Virus record (IMG/VR): IMGVR_UViG_3300049489_000151
Span: 1-53,248 of that record
Origin: a virus
Taxonomy: Duplodnaviria; Caudoviricetes
Length of the DNA: 53,248 nucleotides
Strand: one strand, 5' to 3'
Below the pieces are notes generated by a model. It worked only from the letters and a program-made list of their open reading frames with translations. It made no database searches and was not told where the DNA came from. Both the position numbers and the translations under genes were made by a program. Positions 42,550-52,994 of the stretch are shown piece by piece (within the stretch, counting starts at the first letter, position 1; each line of letters starts with the position of its first letter).

Positions 42550-43236
42550 TCAGGAAAGGTCTTCTGCTGCAACGTCCACCAGCGTCTTGCGCTGAGGGAT
42601 GGGGACGATGCTCTCGTCGTACAGCTTGCCCATCAGGTCACGCATCTCGTCCTCATCGATGGGGGCCATGCGATAGTCCTCTGCGAGGTCACGCTCACGC
42701 ACCATGTTGAAGTTGGTCTGGGACGACGTGCCGGTACCAGAGCGAGAGACCGCCCAGTAGTGCTTGTCGATGGGGCCAGTGGTCTGGTTGATGTGGAAGT
42801 TCTTGAGCTGGTCCATGACACGGACGCCAGCCTCCAAGGACTTGATGATGGGCTCACCAGCGCTGTCAAGCAGCGCCACGTTGAACGCAAACCGAGCCTG
42901 CGGGCGGTCCCCAGCCTGGCAAAGCGGGCAGCCCTTAGGGTCCAGCTTGTCGATGCAGGTAAAGGACTTCTGGCCCTGGCGCTCAATCCAGTGAACGTGG
43001 AACGAGGTGTAAGGCTCTGACTCCAGGAACTTGATGACCTGGATGTCGTTGCTGATCTTGAGCCGGTCAGCAAACGGAGAGTCCTTCTGGCGTGTCTCCT
43101 CTGCGTTACCCCAGCCACGGCGAATAGCCTTACGGCTGATCTGTCTGGCAGCGGGGGCCGACTCCTCTACTTCGGGAGCCTCTTCGGCTGCGTCCTTGGT
43201 GAGTGTGTCGGTGTCTTCGTAGTCGTACTTACCCAT
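42550..43236 (-). CDS. Putative single-stranded DNA-binding protein (gp32-like)
   Basis: IKFL...HWI...TC...CPLC; position next to the polymerase. Confidence 0.65.
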   Translation of the reverse strand: MGKYDYEDTDTLTKDAAEEAPEVEESAPAARQISRKAIRRGWGNAEETRQKDSPFADRLKISNDIQVIKFLESEPYTSFHVHWIERQGQKSFTCIDKLDPKGCPLCQAGDRPQARFAFNVALLDSAGEPIIKSLEAGVRVMDQLKNFHINQTTGPIDKHYWAVSRSGTGTSSQTNFNMVRERDLAEDYRMAPIDEDEMRDLMGKLYDESIVPIPQRKTLVDVAAEDLS

Positions 43237-43280
43237 GGGGTGGTACCTATCTTTCTTTGTCTTGTCTTGGATGGAGTGTC

Positions 43281-43745
43281 TTAGTCTTGAGGGTAATTCT
43301 GCATGTGACGGCGGAAACCGTCCCAGTCTCCCGCTGTGTAGTCCCGTAAACAGAACCGCTCAGCGGCAGCTACTAAGTATAGCACCTGCTCACGGCTGTA
43401 AAGCCGTTTACCCTTAGCAGGTTTCCCAGGGATCTGCTCCCCAGATGGTTTGGGAGTACGGTACTTGGGGGCGGGTAGCCACCCTTTCGACTCCCAGGAT
43501 CTTAAGGTGATAGCACTTCGGCCTACTGCCTTGGCGACCTCACCGATGGTATAGAACTCACGAGTCTTTCCCCCGATAGCCCAAGTCGTAGACTTTAGCT
43601 CATTGATGTCGAACCCGTCAACCTTCTCTGGCTTATTACCAGCATTCTTGAGAGGCTTCTTACCGGGAACAGTTGGAGCATCATCAGTAGGAGGAGCAGG
43701 CTTGTCAAACTTCGACAGGATGTCGTCCCAGTTCTGCTTAGCCAT
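43281..43745 (-). CDS. MerR-like HTH protein
   Basis: FYTIGEVAKAVGRSAITLRSWE...RLYS. Confidence 0.85.
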   Translation of the reverse strand: MAKQNWDDILSKFDKPAPPTDDAPTVPGKKPLKNAGNKPEKVDGFDINELKSTTWAIGGKTREFYTIGEVAKAVGRSAITLRSWESKGWLPAPKYRTPKPSGEQIPGKPAKGKRLYSREQVLYLVAAAERFCLRDYTAGDWDGFRRHMQNYPQD

Positions 43746-43886
43746 TGCGCTCCTCTATCAGAAGTCCAAGCCAACCAGTGGCTGCTAGCCACCCAAACGT
43801 AGCCGATAGATTACCTGTGGTAACGGCGGTGATGGCATTAAGCACTGAGACAAACAATACGATGTAGAAGAACCAGTTGGGTAGCA

Positions 43887-44555
43887 TCACGCCACCGGTT
43901 CGTTCTCGTAGTAGGGCTCGTCCAACGGGTCGAGTTGGCCACCCTTACCAAGCAGCGTGATGAGATCCTGTGCCTGTGCGTAGGCATCTGACAGGGGATG
44001 GTGCGGGTGACGGGGCCGGTGGGCTCGTAAGTGGTTAGCGTGCCAGTCAGAACTAGATGCGGCCCCGAACGCCATGCTCCTCAAGCACAGGGTGCGATAG
44101 TGAAACGGGTTGGGGACACCGGAGCGATTGAACATGTCCAACGTCCAAGCAAAGTCAAAGCTGACCGGGTTAGCTACGAAGATACGATCTTCCCAACCGG
44201 AGCCATACTGAGAGACCCACGCCTCAAAGCGCTCAGCCACCAAGGGTAGTCCGTAGCGTGACAGATGCCTGTCTGCGTAGGCCTCCCCCGCTACGAATGG
44301 GTCGATGGCTTCGACTCCTTTCCAGAACTTAAGGGTAGAGTTTGGCAGAAGTGCTTGAATGATGGGGTCACTAGGTGGAAGCTGCCACAAAGTGGGAAGG
44401 GGGGGCGTCCTGACACGTTCATAGAACGTGTCAACGATCCAGCCGTCATAGGATACTGCGACGGCCCCAATACTGAGCAAGTGGGAGTGCGAGTCACCGG
44501 GCACTAGACCGGAAGTCTCTACGTCTACTGAGAAGTAGGTTAGGTCAGTACTCAA
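43887..44555 (-). CDS. DEDDh 3'-5' exonuclease
   Basis: SVDVETSG, SFDF, HHPLSDA. Confidence 0.85.
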   Translation of the reverse strand: MSTDLTYFSVDVETSGLVPGDSHSHLLSIGAVAVSYDGWIVDTFYERVRTPPLPTLWQLPPSDPIIQALLPNSTLKFWKGVEAIDPFVAGEAYADRHLSRYGLPLVAERFEAWVSQYGSGWEDRIFVANPVSFDFAWTLDMFNRSGVPNPFHYRTLCLRSMAFGAASSSDWHANHLRAHRPRHPHHPLSDAYAQAQDLITLLGKGGQLDPLDEPYYENEPVA

Positions 44556-44997
44556 CTTGCTCCTCCTGTGTTACTTTGACAGCCCAACTTGTAGAGACAT
44601 CAAAGAAGTCTTCGATGGTGGGCCCCCCTTCTTCTGCGTGCTCAAACATGTAGCCAGAGAATGAGTCTTCTGTTAGCTCTCTGTGCTCGGGGACCATGGT
44701 AGTACCCTTCTCCCAAGCATCAGCATCCCTGGACTTGAGGTACTCCTCTGCCCTCTCTGAGTTGAAGCGCACAGTCTTGCGAGCTTCGTGCTTGATCATG
44801 TAGTCGTGGCCAGGTAGCCACACGTGACCGTTCTCGTCACGCTGACCAAAGTCTTCCAACATGCTCTTGATCATCTGCTTGAGCTGCTCTTCACGCTCTT
44901 GCGAAGTCTTCGTCATGTGCTTCTGGTCTGTGAACGACTTGGCTATGCGATCCAGCCTATCTGGATCGACACCCTCCGGTTCAGGTACTTCGTACAT
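44545..44997 (-). CDS. Hypothetical protein (begins MYEVPEP)
   Basis: Coiled-coil N-terminal half. Confidence 0.7.
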   Translation of the reverse strand: MYEVPEPEGVDPDRLDRIAKSFTDQKHMTKTSQEREEQLKQMIKSMLEDFGQRDENGHVWLPGHDYMIKHEARKTVRFNSERAEEYLKSRDADAWEKGTTMVPEHRELTEDSFSGYMFEHAEEGGPTIEDFFDVSTSWAVKVTQEEQVEY

Positions 44998-45004
44998 CCG
45001 TGTA

Positions 45005-45568
45005 TCACTCTTCACCGGTGCTGAACTCAGCGGTGGGGGCACCAGTCAGCACGACTTGCTTGGAGGTGGCGTCCCACTCGGCTGGACCTGCCAGTGTGGA
45101 AACAAAGCCCTCCCAGTAGCTGGCGTATCCCTTTCCGTCCTCATCCACACAGATGACAGTGGTACCGGTAGTGTCAGCGGTGTAGAGACCGTTGGCCTCC
45201 AGCTGTGGCAGGGTGATGGTCCCCTCGTGCTTCGTGATGATCTTCTGAGGGTTGGTGAGCTGCCACGAGCCTGGAATGGGGAACCCAATCGAAGGACACT
45301 GGTGGATCGGGTCAGTGACCCCCTGGTTGAAGAAGAACGACGTCGTGACGGTGGCATTCGCCTGCGCCGTCTGGATGTCAATCATGTTCTGACGAAGCTG
45401 TGACGAGTTGAACACGGGAACCGGCTGGGACTGGAGGTACTGGTCGAGCTGGTCGTCCCCAACCTGCTCCTCCTTTTCCGTCCCACCACCCCCACTCTCC
45501 ACCCCACAGGCAGAGAGGGCGAGGATGGCAGCGACGGCAGCAGCGGTGATCTTGGTAGCGGTTCTCAT
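45005..45568 (-). CDS. Lipoprotein
   Basis: Signal peptide with lipobox LSAC. Confidence 0.85.
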   Translation of the reverse strand: MRTATKITAAAVAAILALSACGVESGGGGTEKEEQVGDDQLDQYLQSQPVPVFNSSQLRQNMIDIQTAQANATVTTSFFFNQGVTDPIHQCPSIGFPIPGSWQLTNPQKIITKHEGTITLPQLEANGLYTADTTGTTVICVDEDGKGYASYWEGFVSTLAGPAEWDATSKQVVLTGAPTAEFSTGEE

Positions 45569-45888
45569 GAGCAGTTCTCCTGTACGAATTGTTGTGCGTT
45601 GAATGGTAGTTGAATGGTATCGGTCAGCTTGGCTGCCGAATCGCAGATGCCATCGATGATGGCAACTCTCTGGTTGGCCGGGATGTTACCCTCTGCCTCA
45701 CCGATGTCGTCCAAGATCTGCTCCACGAGGGCGTTCTGACGCCCGTAAGTGTCTTGCAGAATCTGAGCGTTGCGGTTGGTGCTGTACTCCTTGATGGCAA
45801 AGCCGAGGAAGAACAGTCCTACCACTATCGACAGGACTAGCAAGACGGAGAGGATGATCCCCGCAGTGGTTGCGAATAGCCGTTTCAT
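45565..45888 (-). CDS. Membrane-anchored protein
   Basis: N-terminal TM helix; AAGGAG RBS. Confidence 0.75.
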   Translation of the reverse strand: MKRLFATTAGIILSVLLVLSIVVGLFFLGFAIKEYSTNRNAQILQDTYGRQNALVEQILDDIGEAEGNIPANQRVAIIDGICDSAAKLTDTIQLPFNAQQFVQENCS

Positions 45889-45926
45889 AACGTGGTTGTT
45901 CTCCTTGGTAGAGGGTTGATGGGGGC

Positions 45927-45956
45927 ACCTTAGCAGCACCGTATGGAAGAAGTCAA
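45927..45956 (-). promoter_or_regulatory. SigA-like promoter
   Basis: TTGACT-N18-TAAGGT with TGn extension. Confidence 0.55.
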
Positions 45957-45957
45957 G

Positions 45958-47502
45958 TCAAACTTGAGATTCCTGGAGGAATGTTGTGAGAGTGGAGACG
46001 TCGATCTCCATGCCCCGCTCCTGGTCGTGGTGCTGCCCATCAATGAACGCCTCATTGGTCTTCTTTTTTAACTGCAGCATCTCGTACTGTCTCTCCTCTA
46101 GAGAGCCCGCCATCACAAAGGAGGTAATGGTGACGTGCGGAAACTCGGATGAGAGACGAATGATACGGGCTTCACGCTGTTCCAGTTTACCGCTAGACCA
46201 GGGTAAGTCATACGAGATGAGGTAGTTGGCCACCGGAAGGTCAACTCCGTATCCACCGGCATCCGACGACAAGAAGACCTTGACGTGGGGGTCGGTACTG
46301 AACTTCTCTTTAGCGTTGTTCTTCTCGGCATCGCTCATTCCTCCCATGAATAGTACGCTGGATATTCCCATTGCGGACAGGTTTGCTTTGATAGTACGAA
46401 GGTTGTCCTTGAAGAATGAGAACAGAACAACCTTGTTCTCCTCACTCTCGCTGAGGACCTCTTGGATGTAGTCAAGGCACACGTCCAGCTTGGGGGTGGC
46501 GTCTACCCCAGTCATCCAGCCAGCCTTGACGATCTCAGATGCGTACTGAGACCCAGATGTCACACGTGGGTTGTCGTAGTCAGCAGCTGAGTTCTTAACC
46601 AACGACGGGTTGTCACACAGCATACGGAGAGCAGTCATACGGGTCATGATCTGACCTTGTGCCTCGCCCCCCTCGTTGCTGTTGTAATGAGCCCAAAGGT
46701 TAAAGCCAGACCCACCCTCTTTGATAGCCTCGTAGAGCTTAGCGAGGAGGTCCTGTGAGATCTTACGGTACACAGCAGCACCCTTGGGGTCGAAGGGGAC
46801 GGGGATGACCTGGTGGATGATGTCAGGGAGCTGGTCCTTGATGTCGTCACGAGTCTTGCGGATCATACAGTCCTGCATGCTACGGTGCATGACGTCCAGG
46901 TTTCTGTAGCGGGTGGCCTTGCCCCAGTTGTCACGGATGATGAACGTCGTGTCGAAACGCTTGAAGTCACCGAGCACCGACTTGTCTACGAACTCCATGA
47001 TAGAGAACAGCTCCTCGGGGCGATTCTCAATGGGCTGTCCGGTGAGAGCAAAGCGGTAGGGTATGGCCTTACCAATCTTCTTGATGAGACGTGACCTCTT
47101 GGCTATTCGGTTCTTGATGATGGTGGCCTCGTCTACCACGATGCACTGGAAGCTCCCCATGAGAGTGTGGTCGTTGAGTAGAGTCTCTGCGTTGACGATC
47201 ACGTACTTGTGGAGTGATGCCATGCGCCACTGACGCTGGCGCTGTGCCTTGGTACCACTGATGACAATGGCACGTGCGTCGGTGAACTTCTTGATCTCCT
47301 TGAGCCACTGGTACTTGAGGGAGGCGGGGACGACCACGAGACAGCGGTCTACCTCTCCCATGTCGTCCAGCTCCTCCACTGCAGCCAGTGCTGTGGGAGT
47401 CTTACCTGCACCCATGACCATACCCAGGAGCATCTGCCCCCGGTCTACCATCTTCTCGACAGCTTCGGCCTGGTAGTCGTACAAGGTACCTTTGAACGTC
47501 AC
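45958..47502 (-). CDS. SNF2-family helicase
   Basis: MGAGKT, VVDEAT, LTGQP, GGYGVDL, QREARIIR. Confidence 0.92.
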   Translation of the reverse strand: MTFKGTLYDYQAEAVEKMVDRGQMLLGMVMGAGKTPTALAAVEELDDMGEVDRCLVVVPASLKYQWLKEIKKFTDARAIVISGTKAQRQRQWRMASLHKYVIVNAETLLNDHTLMGSFQCIVVDEATIIKNRIAKRSRLIKKIGKAIPYRFALTGQPIENRPEELFSIMEFVDKSVLGDFKRFDTTFIIRDNWGKATRYRNLDVMHRSMQDCMIRKTRDDIKDQLPDIIHQVIPVPFDPKGAAVYRKISQDLLAKLYEAIKEGGSGFNLWAHYNSNEGGEAQGQIMTRMTALRMLCDNPSLVKNSAADYDNPRVTSGSQYASEIVKAGWMTGVDATPKLDVCLDYIQEVLSESEENKVVLFSFFKDNLRTIKANLSAMGISSVLFMGGMSDAEKNNAKEKFSTDPHVKVFLSSDAGGYGVDLPVANYLISYDLPWSSGKLEQREARIIRLSSEFPHVTITSFVMAGSLEERQYEMLQLKKKTNEAFIDGQHHDQERGMEIDVSTLTTFLQESQV

Positions 47503-47647
47503 GAGACAGGCTCTTCCACGTGCACTAGATCCGCTGCCCACGAACGGTGGCGGGGGCATACAAGGTACACTACCTCACCGTCGTCATAAGAGTACGCAGG
47601 CTCCAACAGGCAGTCTGGGTAGTCGCAATCTACGGTGTCTTTGACTC

Positions 47648-48586
47648 TCATGGTGTCACTTTCAGTCTGGCTAGTCCGTCGAGGATCTCTGCGTCGGTCA
47701 TGTCTCCCATGTCCTTGACGCTGAGACCATCATAGTTCCAGAACCTAACACCTTTACGGAAGGATGGCAACTGCCTATGCTGAGTGTGCTTCTTGGACCC
47801 CCTGCCCACCAGGCGGTTGGTCTCTCTGATACCCTCGTGGTCATTGTCCAGTGCCAACACCAGGCGGTCGAAGCGGTCCACCAAGAGGTTGATCTGCAGC
47901 TGACTCATGTCAGCACCGAAGCTGGCTACCGCTGAGTACTCATCTCCCTTGTAGACAGTGTGGAACCTGGCTACGTCGAAGGGGGACTCTAGCAGAATGG
48001 CAGTGGGGGCCGACGCACGTTCGATACCGAACAGAGTAGAGCCCTTGTGCATACCAGATGGCTTGTTGAGTACTAAGCCTACCTTCTTCTCTTGCCAGCC
48101 CAGTAGTACTCCTTTGGGGGAGATGACAGGGAGAACAGACGTTCGATCAACTTGGTTCCACTTGATGCCAAACCGCTTGGCGATATCGGCTGTTATCATG
48201 CGACGGTCGAGTATGGCCTGGGGTAGCTGTTCGAACGACACGTACAGCGCCCAGTCGGCGTCGGGCTCAAGCTGGTCGTCCTCGTACTCCTCGGTGCGGA
48301 GCCTTTCGATACCTTTAGATGCAAGGTACCGCTGGACGGTGGCTACATGTTGTGTGTCCCCGGTCAGCTGGGACACAAGATACGGGAGGTTACCTCTGGC
48401 TCCGCACGTGAAGCAGTGCCATAGCCCAGTATCGATGTTCATGTACCAGGAGTGTCGTGAAGACTCACGCCCCTTGTAAAGGTGGTGCACCGGGCACCGG
48501 GCGTTGATCTCGTCCCCGGTCTGCTTATGGACGTCCACGCCCATATCTTCCAGCACCTCAATGATGTCGTCGCTCTTGCTAGTCAT
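47648..48586 (-). CDS. DNA primase (zinc finger plus Toprim)
   Basis: CPVH...WHCFTCG; LLES..D; ALDND. Confidence 0.9.
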   Translation of the reverse strand: MTSKSDDIIEVLEDMGVDVHKQTGDEINARCPVHHLYKGRESSRHSWYMNIDTGLWHCFTCGARGNLPYLVSQLTGDTQHVATVQRYLASKGIERLRTEEYEDDQLEPDADWALYVSFEQLPQAILDRRMITADIAKRFGIKWNQVDRTSVLPVISPKGVLLGWQEKKVGLVLNKPSGMHKGSTLFGIERASAPTAILLESPFDVARFHTVYKGDEYSAVASFGADMSQLQINLLVDRFDRLVLALDNDHEGIRETNRLVGRGSKKHTQHRQLPSFRKGVRFWNYDGLSVKDMGDMTDAEILDGLARLKVTP

Positions 48587-49835
48587 AGCTTGGGTTGCTC
48601 TCGTCGTCACTCTCGTGTACTTCTTCGAACTCCATGGTAGACCAGTCCCATTTCACGTGCACTGGCTGGTTGGCACCAACCGTACGACCCTCCACCACCC
48701 TGATGATCGACTGATTATCGATGTCAGGGTTGCGCTCCACGCCGAGCAAGAGGTCAGCGTCCTGTGCCCACGATGAGGTGTAGCCGAGAGAGTCAGAGGT
48801 GACCTCACGGGTACGGGAGTTACGCAGCTTGCTGGGAAGCACCTGTGTGCTGCCTACCACTGGGATGTCGTTGTGCTGTGCCATCCTCTTGCTGCCACGA
48901 GTGAGATTGGTGAGTGCCTGGGGGGACCCTCTGTCTTCCCCTTCCTCATCGTCCATCATGTACATACCGTCGATGAACACCACGTCAGGCTTGTGCTCCT
49001 GAATGAGTCCGTCCACGGCGGAGAGGGTGGTCATCCGTGAGGAGTCTTCGGACATGATGAACTCGTGCTGGTTCTTGAGTAGGTTCATGTGCGCCTTGAT
49101 CCTCTGCATCTCATCGTTACTCAGGTTCCCAGACAGGATGTTGTCATAGGGGACGTGCGCACGGAGAGCGTCGAACCTGGCCTGCTGTTCCTCGTTGCTC
49201 ATCTCAAACGAGAGGAACAGGGGGCGGAGGCCGTGGGCGTGGGCAGCCATGGCCATGATGAGCATGAAGAGGCTCTTTCCTCTCTTGGGCTCACCTGCTA
49301 GGACGATGAACTGCTGGGGACGAAGTCCGTGGGTGATACGATCCAGACCGTAGAACCCAGTCGGGATACCTCTGATGGCGTTGGGCATTGTTCTCATCTC
49401 CTCGTACCTGTTGTAGCGCTCTTCCCACGTCTGCGTGATATCCACGTCACGGAGACGGCTCGTCTCAATGGTGGCCTTGCGGAGCCCTGCGTGCAGGATC
49501 TCAGTGGCCTTGTCAATGTCATCCTTCTCCAGGAGAGCTACAGCATCTGCCACTGCGTCGGTAACCTCCCGCTGACGGTAGCTGTCCATCAGTTCACGAG
49601 CCAGACCGTTCATCGTCTCGGAGCTGACGTCCGGTAGTGACACGTCGCTGTATCTCTTGAGGAAAGCACGCTCGGATGGAGTCTGCCCGGACTGACGGTA
49701 CTCCGTCAGCATCCACTCGTAGATCTTCTCCCACTCACCTGTGAAATGCGTGGGGCGCAAGCCGTGGCGGATTGCTTCTTCTAGTGAGCGGTCTTCGATG
49801 GATCGTGCGATGACCAGTGCTTCTACGCTGGCCAC
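48579..49835 (-). CDS. dnaB: DnaB-like replicative helicase
   Basis: IPTGF, GEPKRGKS, SFEMS, FIDG, QDAD. Confidence 0.93.
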   Translation of the reverse strand: MASVEALVIARSIEDRSLEEAIRHGLRPTHFTGEWEKIYEWMLTEYRQSGQTPSERAFLKRYSDVSLPDVSSETMNGLARELMDSYRQREVTDAVADAVALLEKDDIDKATEILHAGLRKATIETSRLRDVDITQTWEERYNRYEEMRTMPNAIRGIPTGFYGLDRITHGLRPQQFIVLAGEPKRGKSLFMLIMAMAAHAHGLRPLFLSFEMSNEEQQARFDALRAHVPYDNILSGNLSNDEMQRIKAHMNLLKNQHEFIMSEDSSRMTTLSAVDGLIQEHKPDVVFIDGMYMMDDEEGEDRGSPQALTNLTRGSKRMAQHNDIPVVGSTQVLPSKLRNSRTREVTSDSLGYTSSWAQDADLLLGVERNPDIDNQSIIRVVEGRTVGANQPVHVKWDWSTMEFEEVHESDDESNPSYD

Positions 49836-50273
49836 TCAGAACCCCCACGTCTGTGTCGGAAGTACCACGGTGGCACGCACGCCGAAGTACTGAGCGTCGT
49901 GCTCAGAGGTGGTGTAGAACTGGTGGATGTCCCTGTCGAACTTAATGATCTCAGCTAGATCCATGTAGTCGTAGGCTGGGTGCACCGTGCAGATAGCTCC
50001 ACGCCTGGCCAGGAACGCTTCGATGTCATCAAGAAGCTCCTCCTCCATGTAGGTGTACACCTCCACACGCACCTGCAGCTTGGTGGTGAGATGGATGAGC
50101 GCTTTCATGGGCATCTCGTTCACCTGCCAGCGGCGTGCTGTCCTGATACTTTTGCGACGGCGTGGGAATATCCCACGCTTCTCCTCTTCTTCCTCGGGGA
50201 CAGTCACAAGCAGCCCTTCGAACATGCACCCAAGAGTGAGCACAGTGTCAGCTGCAATGTCGTTATCTTCCAT
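49836..50273 (-). CDS. Hypothetical protein
   Basis: GGAG RBS; lies between dnaC-like and dnaB genes. Confidence 0.7.
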   Translation of the reverse strand: MEDNDIAADTVLTLGCMFEGLLVTVPEEEEEKRGIFPRRRKSIRTARRWQVNEMPMKALIHLTTKLQVRVEVYTYMEEELLDDIEAFLARRGAICTVHPAYDYMDLAEIIKFDRDIHQFYTTSEHDAQYFGVRATVVLPTQTWGF

Positions 50274-50841
50274 GATAGATCTCCGTGTACTCGTTGAGGG
50301 GGCCAGCCACTCGCTGGCCGTACTTTGTGATGATGTCCGTCGAGGGGATATCAGATGTAATGATGGTGCTAAGTCCCATCTCAAAGCGGCGACGAATCAA
50401 ACTACCCAGTTCGTGGCGAGCAAACTCAGTCAAGCGCTCCTGTCCCACACCGTCAAGGATGACGATATCAAACACCCCCTTGATGTACTTGACCAGATGG
50501 GGGGAGGACCACATCTCTGGCAGGTCCCCTGAGTTGTCGAACGTGTCCTTGATCATCTCCACGTACTCGTCAGCAGACACGAAGCGAGCAGATAGCTGGT
50601 GCCTACGCACCGCCTCCATGGCAGTCTTGACAGCTAGCGTGGTCTTCCCAGTGCCTGACTTGCCAACGATGAAGTAGTTGCCTCCCTCTTCGAAAGGGAA
50701 AGTGGCTGTGTGGGGGTCCTCTACGTAGCGCTTGGGGGCCTTGATGAAATACTCTCTGTGCTCTGGGGGCCTGTTCCTCCACCACTTAGCACTCTGCCAG
50801 GTGGTTGGCATGATGGGGGGCGTCACAGAAGGAACGCCCAT
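50263..50841 (-). CDS. DnaC/IstB-like helicase loader ATPase
   Basis: GKSGTGKT, VILDGVG.E, STIITSD. Confidence 0.88.
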   Translation of the reverse strand: MGVPSVTPPIMPTTWQSAKWWRNRPPEHREYFIKAPKRYVEDPHTATFPFEEGGNYFIVGKSGTGKTTLAVKTAMEAVRRHQLSARFVSADEYVEMIKDTFDNSGDLPEMWSSPHLVKYIKGVFDIVILDGVGQERLTEFARHELGSLIRRRFEMGLSTIITSDIPSTDIITKYGQRVAGPLNEYTEIYHGR

Positions 50842-51041
50842 GCTACGGCAGAGATGAGCGCAAGAAGCGCAACAAACTCAGCTACGGCAAGAAGGGACTC
50901 CTTGATGACGAACCTGATCATAGCTTTGTCACCACCCATACAACGAACGCCAGTACTAACAGGGAGGTGACGCCGACTACTCCCAAGGCAATCTGCTCAG
51001 CCACCTCTCCTGCTGCTGTTTCTACGGCTACTAACATGTGA

Positions 51042-51845
51042 TTATGCTCCTTGTGCAATGGCGATGGCATCGGACAACGATGCCTGTTTGGTCCTTGCCT
51101 TACCACGCTTCATGATCTCGGCAGGGACAGTGGGCACTAGTTCTAGCAGACGGGTTGACTGTGTGTCAACTGTCTTCCAGTTCCAGTGAAGCTGCTCCGT
51201 GAACTCACGGATAGCGTCGGTCGGGTCCTCGTGAAGGGTGAGGATGTCAGCAACCACCTCTGGGTAGCTATACAAGGCGTCAAGTCCTTCGATCATGACA
51301 AGCCTCTTGTAGTCAGCTGCCACGACATCGTCCCAAGGAAGGTCGTCACGGGGGGCGAAGCTGTCAGCTATCCACTGCAACACAGAGTTGGAGGTCTTGA
51401 CAAACGTTCCTGCTAGTAGCTGCCTTTGAAAGGCCTTATTGCAGAACGGAAGAACGGGAGTACCAGAACGTTGAGCGGCTGGGGTGTCCCAATAGCGGTC
51501 GATCATACGTTCCAGGTCCGACATCTCGTAACCACTCTCCAGCAGTTTGCTGAACTGCCGACCAAGGATGGAGCGGTGGGTGTCATCCATGATAGAGCAC
51601 ATGGTCTGCTTGTGGTGGACTCGAAAGAGCCAGATCAAGTGCTCCACGGGGTGACGTGGATTGGGGGACCAGCCTGGACCATTCGTGGCCTTGCCTCCCT
51701 TCGTTACGTACCCAGCGGTAGAGTTGCCGATCAGCCACTCCAGGTCAGGGTTCTCCTTGGTCGTGTTCTCGTCTGGGTCTGCGCCTAGTGTCACCATGGG
51801 ATCATCCACCCTATCACGTTGTGCCGGTCTACTGATTACTCTCAT
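51042..51845 (-). CDS. Hypothetical protein (possible replication-associated)
   Basis: GAGGAG RBS; upstream of the helicase loader. Confidence 0.7.
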   Translation of the reverse strand: MRVISRPAQRDRVDDPMVTLGADPDENTTKENPDLEWLIGNSTAGYVTKGGKATNGPGWSPNPRHPVEHLIWLFRVHHKQTMCSIMDDTHRSILGRQFSKLLESGYEMSDLERMIDRYWDTPAAQRSGTPVLPFCNKAFQRQLLAGTFVKTSNSVLQWIADSFAPRDDLPWDDVVAADYKRLVMIEGLDALYSYPEVVADILTLHEDPTDAIREFTEQLHWNWKTVDTQSTRLLELVPTVPAEIMKRGKARTKQASLSDAIAIAQGA

Positions 51846-52186
51846 ACTCTCCTCGTACGGTATTCCCACTCGACCTCCGCCATGCGTTGGCCGGTCTCGT
51901 CATCGGTCCACTCCTTGACGTGGCCCCTCTTCTCAGTGATGGTCATACCGAGGTAGGGGGACGACTTCGAAAGAGTGGGGCCGGTGAATATACCACGGTC
52001 GTTGTTGTATGTGTGGTGATAAGTGGGATACGTGTCCTCTTTTACTGAGTGCTCCACCCAGTAGGTAGTCCACTCTCGTGGTTCGAACCAGTCGATGATA
52101 CGGTAACTGGGAGCTGTGACGTGGTGAGTGACCCCCTCCTCTAGGGGGCCTGCGACCAGGGGCTCATCGAAGATGATCTTCTTCAT
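51842..52186 (-). CDS. Hypothetical protein
   Basis: ATGA overlaps. Confidence 0.6.
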   Translation of the reverse strand: MKKIIFDEPLVAGPLEEGVTHHVTAPSYRIIDWFEPREWTTYWVEHSVKEDTYPTYHHTYNNDRGIFTGPTLSKSSPYLGMTITEKRGHVKEWTDDETGQRMAEVEWEYRTRRV

Positions 52187-52665
52187 GACGCCATCTTGAC
52201 GAGCACGGCCCACATGCCGGGACGGGCGTCGGGTGGGAGAGTGATGGATTCTCGGGCTTCCAGTCCGTCCCAGAGCCAAGTGCGAACAACGCTTCCGCCC
52301 AGACCTGATTGGACGTTGTACGTGACGACTCGCCCAGGGATGTCCTTGCTGCCCGCTTCCTCCACGATCGGCAGTACCATGCCGGGGACGACCGAGACAC
52401 GGTGAGTGATCGGAACGAATGGAAGATTGAACGCATCGGCCAGTTCAGCGTTAAATGGTTCCACTTCCACGGTGAACGTGTGTCGGCCGTCGATGCAGTC
52501 GGTGCAGTCGCCCTCTGGTTCAGCGAGGTCAAGGTCGCCGCCGCAGGTGTCGCACGGGCGGTCGAGAGCCATCCACCACGGCCAGCCACCCATCTTGGCG
52601 TGGTTGGCCAGCACGCACCACGCTGTGCCGTCGTCATTCAGTTGGAACGATGTCGCCGGTATCAT
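52183..52665 (-). CDS. Hypothetical protein with CxxC..CxxC motif
   Basis: AAGGAGG RBS; CDTC...CTDC. Confidence 0.7.
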   Translation of the reverse strand: MIPATSFQLNDDGTAWCVLANHAKMGGWPWWMALDRPCDTCGGDLDLAEPEGDCTDCIDGRHTFTVEVEPFNAELADAFNLPFVPITHRVSVVPGMVLPIVEEAGSKDIPGRVVTYNVQSGLGGSVVRTWLWDGLEARESITLPPDARPGMWAVLVKMAS

Positions 52666-52994
52666 AGCACTACCTCCTTGTAGGCACCCCAGGACTGGCA
52701 GTCCCAGCCGGTGTAGTCACAGCCACCAACGATCACAATGATGCGTCCACTGGCTAGAGTTACCTTCCAGTGCCAGTCACGCTCATCGTTGGTACCAATC
52801 TGGAGGCACTCAACGTCAGAGAAGTTGGCGAACATCAACTCATCGATGTTGTAGGCGATGCAGGTGGCAAGGTCGTAACCCTCCTCGCCAGGAAAGGTCC
52901 GCTCTAGGAACGCCCCCCAGTCGTAGCTGTTGGTCCACTTCTGGTCCACGTCCAGTCCTTCTAGGCGTACGATCTTGTTGATGTCCTTGCTCAT
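52662..52994 (-). CDS. Hypothetical protein (GGCDYTGWDC motif)
   Basis: ORF with conserved-looking C-terminal motif. Confidence 0.65.
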   Translation of the reverse strand: MSKDINKIVRLEGLDVDQKWTNSYDWGAFLERTFPGEEGYDLATCIAYNIDELMFANFSDVECLQIGTNDERDWHWKVTLASGRIIVIVGGCDYTGWDCQSWGAYKEVVL